Shown here: positions 29,191-38,885 of the stretch, one piece after another | Layout: each line of letters begins with the position of its first letter | Numbering within the stretch: the first letter of the stretch is position 1 | Source: an uncultured Acidobacteriota bacterium | Lineage (GTDB): Bacteria > Acidobacteriota > Blastocatellia > Pyrinomonadales > Pyrinomonadaceae | NCBI GenBank assembly: GCA_963785125.1 | Contig: CAWATU010000004.1 | Span: 51,260 to 115,259 of the forward strand | Direction: 5' to 3' | Length of the DNA stretch: 64,000 nt | Translations under genes and position numbers: made by a program | The notes under the pieces: model-generated | The model's input: the letters and a program-made list of their open reading frames with translations, nothing else | What the model was told of the DNA's origin: nothing | Database searches by the model: none

Positions 29191-30267
29191 ATGACCCACG
29201 ACACGATTCGACCCAGGCTTAGAGGCGCCGCCGCCGCGCTCGCCTGCGCGCTCTCGCTCGCACCGGCCGCTGCGCTCGCGCAGACGGTTGACGACTTCGA
29301 GCGCGGCAAGCAACTGCTCGCGCAAGGCGACGCAAAGGGCGCCGCCGCCACGCTCAAACGCGCCGCCGAGCGTCGCAAGACGGACGCCGAGGCGTGGTAC
29401 GCCTACGGGCTCGCCCTCGGCCGGATGGGCAAGCAGAAGGACGCGCGCAAGGCGTTCGAGCGCGCCGTCAAGCTGCGCCCCGACTGGGCCACGGCGCGCG
29501 CCGGCCTCGCCTACACGCTCATCCTCCTCAACAAGACGCGCGACGCCGACCGCGAGGCCAAACGCGCGGTCTCGCTCGACCCGAAGTCTCCGGACGCGCA
29601 CTTCGTGGTGGCCAACGTCAGATACCTCTACGACGACTTCAGCGGGGCGGCGGCCGAGACCGAAGCGGCGCTGGCGCTCCAGCCCGACTTCCCCGCCGCC
29701 GCGTTCCTCCACGGCGACTCCCTCATCAACATCTACGTGATGGAGAGCGAGCGCCAGTCAGAGAGATACCGGCTGCCGCCCGGCGCGGACGAGGCCACGC
29801 GCAAACTCGTCTTCGAGCAGCGCGCCGCGGCGCTCGAACCCTTCAAGGCGCGTATGCGCGAGACGGCCGAACGGCTGGACGCCTTCGCTAAGACGCGCGC
29901 CGGCAACGAGGCCGAGAGTATGAGCGAGTTGGCGGGCTCGCTCCGCCTCTACGGCCGTGTGGGCGGCGACAACCAGGGCGTCTTCCGCCAGATCGAGGTG
30001 ACGCAGAAGGCGCTCATCACTTTCAAGCCCGAGCCGTCCTTCACCGAGGAGGCGCGCAAGAACAACGTGACCGGCGTCGTCAGGCTCCGCGCCGTGCTCG
30101 CGGCCGACGGGCGCATCCGGCACATCGCCGTCATCAAGCGCCTGCCCGACGGGCTGACAGACAAGGCCGTCGCCGCCGCGCGCAAAATCAGGTTCACGCC
30201 CGCACGCGTCGGCGATGCCCCCGTCTCGCAGTACGTCGTGCTCGAATACAACTTCAACATCTACTGA
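29191..30267 (+). CDS. TPR repeat protein with TonB C-terminal-like domain (paralogue)
   Basis: Same architecture, with C-terminal NVTGVVRLRAVLAADGRIRHI...RFTPARVGDAPVSQYVVLEYNF. Confidence 0.8.
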   Translation: MTHDTIRPRLRGAAAALACALSLAPAAALAQTVDDFERGKQLLAQGDAKGAAATLKRAAERRKTDAEAWYAYGLALGRMGKQKDARKAFERAVKLRPDWATARAGLAYTLILLNKTRDADREAKRAVSLDPKSPDAHFVVANVRYLYDDFSGAAAETEAALALQPDFPAAAFLHGDSLINIYVMESERQSERYRLPPGADEATRKLVFEQRAAALEPFKARMRETAERLDAFAKTRAGNEAESMSELAGSLRLYGRVGGDNQGVFRQIEVTQKALITFKPEPSFTEEARKNNVTGVVRLRAVLAADGRIRHIAVIKRLPDGLTDKAVAAARKIRFTPARVGDAPVSQYVVLEYNFNIY

Positions 30268-30312
30268 CGCCGCGCACGCGTCGCGTCTGTACAATTCCCC
30301 CTCGTCAAGCGA

Positions 30313-31530
30313 ATGAGCGCCAACAGCAGCAGCACCTCGAACAACCCGGTCGTGCAAGCCGTCCTCTCGGGCGCCGCGCCGCAGCCGGCGCGCATGGCGG
30401 CCGCGCGCGGAATGCTGCCCGTCCCGCAGGACGTGCTGTTGGAGTTGCTCGTCGCGCTGCGCGCCGACTCGGACGAGTCGGTGGCGCGCGCCGCCGAAGA
30501 GACGCTCACCAACCAGGATGCGGTGACGCTTCTCGGCGTCGCCTCCGCGCAGGAGACGGCGCCGGCCGTGCTCTCCTACCTCGCGGAGCGGACGGGTCTC
30601 GCGCGCGAGGTGCAGGAGTCGCTCGCGCTCAACGCCTCGACGCCCGACGAGGCCGTGGCCGCGCTCGCGCGCGTGACGGCCGAGGGCGCGGTGCTCGAAC
30701 TCGTCTCCCTCAACCAGCAGCGCCTCATCCGCACGCCCGCCATCATCGACGCCGTGCTCGCCAACCCCGCGCGCACCTCCGACGCCGACCGGCGCGTGCG
30801 CGAGACGCGCCGCGAGTTCTTCGAGAAGGAGCGCGGCGCCCGTCAGGTCGCCGACGAGATGCGTGCGCAGGGGTTGGGCGCCGCCGCCGAGTTCATTGAG
30901 TCGGCCGAATCGTTCGGCGCCGAAGTGGGCCTGAGCCTCGACGATGCGTGGCTCATCGCGCAGCACATCGAGGTCTCGGACGTTGACATCGATGACTCGT
31001 GGCTCCCATCCGAGAGGTTTGAAGACTTGCTCGACGAGACGTTCGAGCAGCGGCAGGCCGCGGCCGAGCGCCTGGTGGCGGAGGCGCTTGCCGAGGGCGC
31101 CACAGCGGCCCCGCCCGAGCGCGTCGCGCTCATCCGCCGCATCATGCTGATGAAGGTCAAGGATCGTATGAAGCTCGGGATGAAGGGCGACCGCGAGGCG
31201 CGCTCGATCCTCATCCGCGACCCGAACAAGGTCGTCGCGCAGGCCGTCATCAACAACCCGCGCATCACCGACCAAGAGGTCGAGGCCATCGCCGCCATGC
31301 GCACGGTCAACGCCGACGTGCTGCGCCTCATCGCCATGAACCGCCACTGGGCGCGGCAGTACCCGGTCATCACTAACCTCGCGCGCAACCCGCGCACGCC
31401 GCTCCCGACCGCGATGTCCATTCTCCCGCGCCTCCACGCCAAAGAGCTGAAGGCGCTTGGCCAGAACCGCAACGTCTCCGACGCCGTCCGACGCCAGGCG
31501 CTCCGCCTCGCCACCGTCCGCGGGCAGTAA
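30313..31530 (+). CDS. hypothetical helical-repeat protein
   Basis: 405-aa ORF with repeated NP(R/A)T..-type helical units (HEAT/LRV-like). The opposite-strand ORF 29758..31593 is judged to be a shadow. Confidence 0.55.
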   Translation: MSANSSSTSNNPVVQAVLSGAAPQPARMAAARGMLPVPQDVLLELLVALRADSDESVARAAEETLTNQDAVTLLGVASAQETAPAVLSYLAERTGLAREVQESLALNASTPDEAVAALARVTAEGAVLELVSLNQQRLIRTPAIIDAVLANPARTSDADRRVRETRREFFEKERGARQVADEMRAQGLGAAAEFIESAESFGAEVGLSLDDAWLIAQHIEVSDVDIDDSWLPSERFEDLLDETFEQRQAAAERLVAEALAEGATAAPPERVALIRRIMLMKVKDRMKLGMKGDREARSILIRDPNKVVAQAVINNPRITDQEVEAIAAMRTVNADVLRLIAMNRHWARQYPVITNLARNPRTPLPTAMSILPRLHAKELKALGQNRNVSDAVRRQALRLATVRGQ

Positions 31531-31531
31531 A

Positions 31532-31613
31532 AAGGCGGTGAATGGTAAATAGTGAATGGTGAATGGAAGTCGGCTTATCCATTCACCATTCACTATTTAC
31601 CATTCACCGCCTT
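31532..31613. repeat. long perfect hairpin, GGTGAAT-heptamer family (copy 2)
   Basis: 36-bp arms with loop AAGTCGGCTTA, which is the reverse complement of the copy 1 loop apart from about 1 nt. The right arm overlaps the stop of the 31612..32145 gene. Confidence 0.9.
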
Positions 31614-32145
31614 AAAAGATTTCCGAGCCCTTGCGCAGCACCGACCAGCCTACGTCGGTGAGGGTATGGCTGGCGGCGCCCCACCAGAGGCCGGCGAGCA
31701 CGGCGGCCAACGCGCGCGGCCCAAAGCCGTAACCGGCGGCCGACGCCTCGACGAACCGCCACACCTCAACCACCTCGCGCCACCCCGGCGCCACGCCACC
31801 CGAGAGGAAGACCGCCCGCGCGTAGACGCACACCCACGCCACGAGCGTCAACACGGCTGCGAAGTAGACGACCCGGATCAGCGTCCCGAAGACGATGCCA
31901 TGCGACCAGCGCGAGCGGTGTCGGAAGACTACCTTGTACGGCCACCACAGAAGCCGCAGCGGCCCCCAGCGCGTGTACTGCCGCGACTGGATGTCGAGGT
32001 CCGGCCCGAACATCAGCCCCCCGAACAGCATCGCCACGGTCGCCGCCGCGCTCAGCCACACGCTCCCCGTCAGCCCCCACGCCGCCGCGAACGTCGGCGG
32101 CGCCAGCACCAGCGTCACCATGTCGTGTGTTTTTCCCGAAGGCAT
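31612..32145 (-). CDS. DUF2227-like putative metal-binding membrane protein
   Basis: Start at ATG 32145 (MPSGKTHDMVT). Several TM segments and conserved His residues (SRWSHG, ASHTLTD). Confidence 0.6.
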   Translation of the reverse strand: MPSGKTHDMVTLVLAPPTFAAAWGLTGSVWLSAAATVAMLFGGLMFGPDLDIQSRQYTRWGPLRLLWWPYKVVFRHRSRWSHGIVFGTLIRVVYFAAVLTLVAWVCVYARAVFLSGGVAPGWREVVEVWRFVEASAAGYGFGPRALAAVLAGLWWGAASHTLTDVGWSVLRKGSEIF

Positions 32146-32149
32146 AAGA

Positions 32150-32265
32150 GCAGTAGGCAGTAGGCAGATGACAGTCGGCAGCCGCTCCACGTTAAGGACG
32201 TTGGAAAACTAAGACGAAGCTGCGACAGCGGCTCTCTTAACTGCCATCTGCCTACTGCCTACTGC
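32150..32265. repeat. GGCAGTA-family palindromic element, copy B
   Basis: Arms GCAGTAGGCAGTAGGCAGATGACAGT (32150-32175) and ACTGCCATCTGCCTACTGCCTACTGC (32240-32265). The ~64-nt spacer contains an inner 7-bp pairing (AGCCGCT/AGCGGCT). Confidence 0.8.
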
Positions 32266-32351
32266 TTATATCATGCGGCGCGCGGCGGAGACCAGCCGTT
32301 TGCCCGCGCGTCGGGCGTGCGTGTACACTGTCGAGCTTCGTCGGAACGGTC

Positions 32352-33359
32352 ATGGGTAAAAAGGGAAAGTCGCAGGAATTTCTGGAGTACGCGGCAGCGC
32401 GCGCGCTGCTGTCGGGGCTCGGCGCGCTGCCGCGGCCGTCGGCCGTCAGGGTCGGGCGTGCGCTGGGGCGCGCAGCCTATCGTGTAGCGGGGGGCTTGCG
32501 GCGCACGGGGCTGCGCAACCTTGAGCTGGCCTTCCCCGAGATGGGCGCGGAGGAGCGCGAGAGAATCCTGCGCGGCACGTTCGAGAGCCTGGGGCGACAG
32601 CTCGGCGAGGTCAGCCAGTTCCCGCGTGCCACCCCCGAGAGCCTGCGCGCGGTCGCTGAGTACGACAGCGAGGACGTGAAGCTCCTCGCTGTCGCGCGCG
32701 AGCGCGGCCGCGGGGTCATCTTCCTCACCTCGCACCTCGGCGCATGGGAGATGCTCTGCTTCGCGCACTCCGCGCTCTACGAGCCGATCAGCTTCCTCGT
32801 CCGCCCCCTGGACAACCCGCGCATCGACGCGCTGGTCGAATCCTTGCGCACGCGCTTCGGCAACCGCCCCATCGACAAGGGCGCCGCCGCGCGCACCGCT
32901 CTGCGCCTCCTCAAGCAGGGCGGCACGCTCGGAGTCCTGGCCGACCTCAACACGCAGGAACGCGAGGGCGTCTTCGTCCCCTTCTTCGGCCACCTCGCCT
33001 GCACGACTGCCGGCGTCGCGACGCTGGCGCTGCGCACCGACGCCACCGTCATCCCCGTCTGCGCGCCCTGGGACGAGCGGCGCGGCAAGTTCGTCTTCCG
33101 CGGCGGCCCCGTCATCGAACTCGTCCGCACGGGCGACGACAAACGGGATGTCGAAATCAACACGGCCAACTTTACGGCCGCCATCGAACGCCACGTCCGC
33201 ATGTTCCCGGAGCAGTGGCTCTGGATACACAAACGCTGGAAGACACGACCCAAAGGCGAGCCCGACCTCTACGCTCGTCCGACACAAATTCCTTTGGGGG
33301 GTGTGGCCGAAGCAAAAATTTCTTCACCGCCCCCAACCGAAAAGGTTTACAAGGCTTAG
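32352..33359 (+). CDS. LpxL/HtrB-family lysophospholipid (lipid A late) acyltransferase
   Basis: Family-typical N-terminus and the SHLGAWE (HX4E) motif. Confidence 0.8.
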   Translation: MGKKGKSQEFLEYAAARALLSGLGALPRPSAVRVGRALGRAAYRVAGGLRRTGLRNLELAFPEMGAEERERILRGTFESLGRQLGEVSQFPRATPESLRAVAEYDSEDVKLLAVARERGRGVIFLTSHLGAWEMLCFAHSALYEPISFLVRPLDNPRIDALVESLRTRFGNRPIDKGAAARTALRLLKQGGTLGVLADLNTQEREGVFVPFFGHLACTTAGVATLALRTDATVIPVCAPWDERRGKFVFRGGPVIELVRTGDDKRDVEINTANFTAAIERHVRMFPEQWLWIHKRWKTRPKGEPDLYARPTQIPLGGVAEAKISSPPPTEKVYKA

Positions 33360-33459
33360 TGAGCTAGTTTTCACAACTTACTTTAACCTTTGAGGCTCAA
33401 AGGTTTACGAGAATCTTTCACGTCTGTCACAAATTTGTTGAGAACGTTGCATTTTCTTC

Positions 33460-33487
33460 TTGACAGTTAACGAAAAATACGTATAAT
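33460..33487 (+). promoter_or_regulatory. consensus sigma70-type promoter (TTGACA-16 nt-TATAAT)
   Basis: cTTGACAgttaacgaaaaatacgTATAATtcc has perfect -35 and -10 hexamers and AT-rich upstream DNA. It lies in a low-GC spacer with no downstream plus-strand gene. Coordinates +/-2. Confidence 0.5.
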
Positions 33488-33493
33488 TCCTCA

Positions 33494-33788
33494 CCAAGAC
33501 GAAGCAGTTGGAAAGTTTAATTAAAGCAGTGCTTCGAAGATGATTGACAGGAGCGGCCGGGTTGGTTCATTCGGCCTTACAGGCAGGAGCGTTCTTATTT
33601 TTGCTCCGGTAAGGTTGAGAAGTTTCTGAGCTATATATTTCGCCCGTCCAACACGACCGCCAAAACAGCCGGATCGCCCGTAGGTGACGATCTCCAGCAC
33701 ATAGCCACCGCCACCCTGAATCTCCGAGCCTGCCCGAAAACAACGCCCCGCCGGTTTACCCTAGACCGGCGGGGCGCTCTTCTTTTTG
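33494..33788 (+). ncRNA. candidate ~295-nt small RNA of unknown class
   Basis: Bounded by the consensus promoter and a strong intrinsic terminator. No ORF of 60 aa or more. Local stems: CGAAGCA/TGCTTCG, GGCCG/CGGCC, CCTTAC..GGAGC/GCTCC..GTAAGG, GATCG/CGATC. I could not see RNase P, tmRNA or SRP signatures. Confidence 0.3.
33744..33788. terminator. bidirectional intrinsic terminator (fabG and candidate sRNA)
   Basis: Stem CGCCCCGCCGGT / ACCGGCGGGGCG with a 9-nt loop. TCTTCTTTTT follows on the plus strand and GTTGTTTTC on the minus strand. Confidence 0.75.
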
Positions 33789-33803
33789 GTTCTTAAAAAC
33801 TTC

Positions 33804-34565
33804 TTACATCGCGAGCCCGCCGTCCGCCTGTAGGACCTGGCCGGTGACGTAGCGCGCGTCGTCCGAGAGGAGGAAGCAGGCGATGCGTGCGACCTCGTCT
33901 GGCTGTGCGAAGCGGCCCATCGGAATCTGCTCGCGCAGCTTCTGCTGATACTCTTCGTTGAGCGCCTGCGACATGTCGGTAGCGACGAGGCCGAGGGCGA
34001 GCGCGTTGACCGAGACGTTGCGGCTGGCGACCTCCCGAGCGAGCGCCTTCGTCAGCCCGATCATGCCGGCCTTCGAGGCCGAGTAGTTCGACTGGCCGGC
34101 CATGCCGACGACGCCGCTGATGGAAGAGATGTTGAGGACGGAGCCGCCCCCCTCGTTCTTGAGCATGTGACGGAGCGCGGCGCGCGAGAAGTTCCAGGCG
34201 CCCTTGAGGTTCGTGTCGATGACGGAGTCCCAGTCCTCCTCCTTCATGCGCAGGATAAGATTGTCGCGCGTGATGCCGGCGTTGTTGACGAGGAAGTCTA
34301 CGCGCCCCAACTCAGCCTTCACCTGCTTAACCATCTCGGCCGCGGCCTCGGTGCCCGCCACGTCGCACTGCGCGGCGAGCGCGCGCACGCCTAAGCCTTC
34401 GATCTCGGCCTTCAGACCTTCGGCCGCCTCGGCACTCTGCGCGTAGTTGAAGGCCACGTCGGCGCCGCGCCGCGCCAGCTCAAGGGCGATGGCGCGACCG
34501 ATGCCGCGCGTCGCGCCCGTGACGATGGCCGCCCGCCCCGCAAAGGGTTTCACTTCGGCACTCAA
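33804..34565 (-). CDS. fabG: 3-oxoacyl-[acyl-carrier-protein] reductase
   Basis: TGATRGIGRAIA, NNAGITRDNLILRMKEEDWDSVIDTNLKG, and the YSASKAG catalytic motif. Confidence 0.9.
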   Translation of the reverse strand: MSAEVKPFAGRAAIVTGATRGIGRAIALELARRGADVAFNYAQSAEAAEGLKAEIEGLGVRALAAQCDVAGTEAAAEMVKQVKAELGRVDFLVNNAGITRDNLILRMKEEDWDSVIDTNLKGAWNFSRAALRHMLKNEGGGSVLNISSISGVVGMAGQSNYSASKAGMIGLTKALAREVASRNVSVNALALGLVATDMSQALNEEYQQKLREQIPMGRFAQPDEVARIACFLLSDDARYVTGQVLQADGGLAM

Positions 34566-34707
34566 ACTCTTCTTCCTCCGTTAATGTGGGTTCTCGGCGA
34601 ACGGACATTTTAACACACGCGGCGGCCGCAGCCGTTTGGCGGGAGGCGGGTTTTATTGTAAAGATTAACGCAAGCGCGCCACACAACACGCACCGGAGGG
34701 GGAGAGC

Positions 34708-35472
34708 ATGAAGTTAATCGTACTCGCCGCGGGCTACGCCACGCGGCTCTACCCGCTGACGCTGGATCAGCCGAAGCCTTTGCTCGACGTGGCAGGCAAG
34801 CCGATGCTCGAACACGTGCTCGACAACCTCGCGCCCGTCGAGGAGATCGACCACGTCTACGTCGTCACCAACGGCAAGTTCGCCGGCCACTTCGAGCGCT
34901 GGGCCGAAGGGCGGCGCGCGCGAGTCGGCGGGCCGGACATCACGGTCGTCAACGACTACTCGACCGACGACACGAACAAGCTCGGCGCCATCGGCGACTT
35001 GAACCTGGTGCTAACGCAGGCCGGGATTGACGACGACATCGCGGTCGTCGCGGGCGACAACCTCTTCAGCGAAAAGCTCGGAGAGTTCGGCGAGTACTGC
35101 CGCGCGAAGGGCGCGCCGGTGCTGGCCGTCTACGACGTAGGCGACCTCGAAGCCATCAAGAAGTACAACTCTATCGAAGTTGACGAAGACGGCCGCATCA
35201 CCTTCTTCGAGGAGAAGCCGGCGAACCCGAAGAGCACTCTGACGGGCATCGCGCTCTACTACTACCCGCAGTCGGCGCTGCCGCTCATCCGGCAGTACGT
35301 CGAGGAGGGCAACAACCCCGACCAGCCCGGCCGCCTCGTGCAGTGGATGTACGAGCGCACGCCCTTCTACACGTGGCGCGTGCCGGGCATCTGGTACGAT
35401 GTCGGGTCGAAGGAGACGCTGGAGGAGGCCAACCGAATCTTCTCGCAGCATCGAACACAGGCCGAAGGGTGA
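34708..35472 (+). CDS. sugar-phosphate nucleotidyltransferase family protein
   Basis: [23 protein letters not shown]-terminal NTP-transferase motif. Confidence 0.8.
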   Translation: MKLIVLAAGYATRLYPLTLDQPKPLLDVAGKPMLEHVLDNLAPVEEIDHVYVVTNGKFAGHFERWAEGRRARVGGPDITVVNDYSTDDTNKLGAIGDLNLVLTQAGIDDDIAVVAGDNLFSEKLGEFGEYCRAKGAPVLAVYDVGDLEAIKKYNSIEVDEDGRITFFEEKPANPKSTLTGIALYYYPQSALPLIRQYVEEGNNPDQPGRLVQWMYERTPFYTWRVPGIWYDVGSKETLEEANRIFSQHRTQAEG

Positions 35473-35479
35473 CTAACGA

Positions 35480-36772
<1,293 letters not shown>

Positions 36773-36803
36773 GTAAGACGGGCGTCTTAAGCTCTAACTC
36801 GTC

Positions 36804-36885
36804 GCGCTTAGGCCATAAGACGAGCGCCTTAGGTCATAAGATCATCGTCTTATGACCTAAGGCGCTCGTCTTATGGCCTAAGCGC
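36804..36885. repeat. long perfect hairpin (38-bp stem) with 21-nt internal periodicity
   Basis: Left arm GCGCTTAGGCCATAAGACGAGCGCCTTAGGTCATAAGA, loop TCATCG, and an exactly complementary right arm, between convergent stops at 36772 and 36890. A small extra hairpin (AAGACG/CGTCTT) lies at ~36775-36789. Confidence 0.9.
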
Positions 36886-36889
36886 ATGA

Positions 36890-38692
36890 CTATTCGATCT
36901 TCAACTCGAACGGCATGATGGCGAGCGTCTGGTTCTGCGGGAAGCGCTCGAACATGGCGGCGCGGCGCAGGACGGGGCGCATCTCGGCGGGCATGGAGTT
37001 GATGAAAGCCGCGCGTTGCTGTTGGGCCTTGATGCTGGCGGCGTCCTGTTCGTCGCCGCCGCCGAAGAGCTGTTGGAAGAAGGTGCGCGGCGCGGGATAG
37101 ACGACGCGGCGGACGCCCTTGTCGGCGGGAATCTTCGCCAGCTCTTTCGCCACCTCGACGGCGCGGTCGAGGCCGCCGAACTCGTCAACCAGACCCTTCT
37201 CCTTCCCCTGTGCGCCGGTCCACACGCGCCCGCGCGCAATCTCGTGGACGGCCTCGACGTTCTGGAACTTGCGCCCCTCGGCCACCTTCGGCAGGAACTG
37301 GTTCCAGTAGAAGTTGCGCATCGAGCCTTCGAACTTCTCGCGCTCCTCCTTCGTGAACTTCTCGGTCTCGCGGAACATGCCCGAGTTCTTGCCACGCATG
37401 ACGTACTCGCTCGACACGCCGACCCAGTCGTAGAAGCCTTTGACGACCGGCTTGTAGGCATAGACGCCGATGGAGCCGGTCAGCGTCAGAGGCTCGGCGA
37501 CGATGCGGTTCGCGCCCATCGAGATGTAGTAGCCGCCCGAGGCCGCGAGGTCGCCCATTGAGATGACGACCGGCTTCTTCTTCTTCGCCTCCTCGACCGC
37601 CTTCCAGATGAGGTCGGACGGGTAGGTCACGCCGCCGGGGCTGTCCACGCGCAGCACGATGGCCTTCACTTCACTGTTGTCGCGCGCGTCGTTGAGGGCC
37701 TTGACGACGGTGTCGGAGCCGACGGTCTGGTCGCCGCCGAACGTGCCGTCGTTCGAGCGACCGGGCTCGATGGGGCCAGAGGCGAAGATGACCGCGATGG
37801 CCTCGCCCTGATTCAAGCCCAGCGACTGCGGCGTGACGCGACGGTATTCGGCCGTCGAGACCTTGCGCAGCTTCTCGTCGTCCTTATAGCCAAGCCGCTT
37901 CTTCAGCTCGCCCTCGACCTCCTCACGGTAGAGCGCGCCGTCGATGAGGCCCGCTTCGAGCGCCGCGGGCGCGTTGTGCGGCGCGTTATCGACGAGCGCG
38001 CGGATGTCTTCGACCGACTTGCGCCGCGCCTCCGCGACCTGCGTCACGTAACGGTTGAAGATTTCGTCGAGCAGCGAGTTCAAAGTTTCGCGCTCGCCCT
38101 CCGACATATCCTCGCGCGTGAAGGCTTCGGGCGCGGTCTTATACTTCTCGATCTGATATGAGTCCCAGACGATGCCGAGCTTATCGAAAGACCCCTTGAA
38201 GTGCATCGACTCGGCGGCGAGCCCGTTGATGAAGAGGTCGCCGATGGGCGGCACGTAGATGCGCTCGGCCGCGGTCGCGATGTAGTACTCCTTGTCGCCG
38301 CCGAACTCCATGTAGGCGTAGATGGGCTTGCCCGACTTGCGGAAGTCGGCGACGGCGTCGCGTATCTCGTCGGACTTGGCCCAGCCGCCGCCGAGCATCC
38401 CGATGTCGAGCAGCACGGCGCCGACGCGCTTGTCGGCCTTCGCCTTGCGCAGTTGCAGCAGCAGGTTCGAGAGCGAGTTGGTGTCGCCGCCGAAGAAGCG
38501 TGCGGACATCTCGTCAGCGTTCGTGTAATCGGGCAGCGAGCCCTCGACGTTGAGGACGAGCACGCTGTTCGACGCCACATCCGGCTCGTCGCCGAGCGAC
38601 ACCACGACGGCCGCCACGACCAGCCCCACCACCAGCACGAACACCGCCAGCAGCCCGACGATGATTAGAGCGATCTTGCTTCCACGCGTCAT
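36890..38692 (-). CDS. sppA: signal peptide peptidase SppA, 67K type
   Basis: N-terminal TM, two S49 halves, and GDLAASGGYYIS. Confidence 0.9.
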   Translation of the reverse strand: MTRGSKIALIIVGLLAVFVLVVGLVVAAVVVSLGDEPDVASNSVLVLNVEGSLPDYTNADEMSARFFGGDTNSLSNLLLQLRKAKADKRVGAVLLDIGMLGGGWAKSDEIRDAVADFRKSGKPIYAYMEFGGDKEYYIATAAERIYVPPIGDLFINGLAAESMHFKGSFDKLGIVWDSYQIEKYKTAPEAFTREDMSEGERETLNSLLDEIFNRYVTQVAEARRKSVEDIRALVDNAPHNAPAALEAGLIDGALYREEVEGELKKRLGYKDDEKLRKVSTAEYRRVTPQSLGLNQGEAIAVIFASGPIEPGRSNDGTFGGDQTVGSDTVVKALNDARDNSEVKAIVLRVDSPGGVTYPSDLIWKAVEEAKKKKPVVISMGDLAASGGYYISMGANRIVAEPLTLTGSIGVYAYKPVVKGFYDWVGVSSEYVMRGKNSGMFRETEKFTKEEREKFEGSMRNFYWNQFLPKVAEGRKFQNVEAVHEIARGRVWTGAQGKEKGLVDEFGGLDRAVEVAKELAKIPADKGVRRVVYPAPRTFFQQLFGGGDEQDAASIKAQQQRAAFINSMPAEMRPVLRRAAMFERFPQNQTLAIMPFELKIE

Positions 38693-38786
38693 ACTTTAAG
38701 ACCTTTATCCGAATGAATTTGGCCCCGCCCGGGCGGAGCAGCGGGGCCGGTTCTATTACGATTTGAGGGGAGAAAATGTTTTGGGA

Positions 38787-38885
38787 GCAGATGGCAGCAG
38801 GCAGTTAAAAACCTTTCTAATCACGAACCCTGCGGTTGTCATCAACAACGTCCGCATCGCGGAGCCCGCTGCCTACTGCCTACTC
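38787..38885. repeat. GGCAGTA-family element, degenerate copy C
   Basis: Left arm GCAGATGGCAGCAGGCAGTTAAAA, right arm GCTGCCTACTGCCTACTC, ~60-nt spacer. The right arm overlaps the mnmA stop. Confidence 0.55.

Noticed and set aside
28129-31593. Long minus-strand ORFs 28129..29712 (527 aa) and 29758..31593 (611 aa)
   Set aside because: They lie antisense to the TPR/TonB-C paralogues and the helical-repeat gene. They have shadow-frame composition and no recognisable domains. The plus-strand proteins have signal peptides and family motifs.
33400-33800. acpP (acyl carrier protein) expected downstream of fabG
   Set aside because: No frame on the minus strand encodes an ACP-like sequence (no DSLD/serine attachment motif). 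The only open frame is the unrelated 59-codon sORF noted in the findings.
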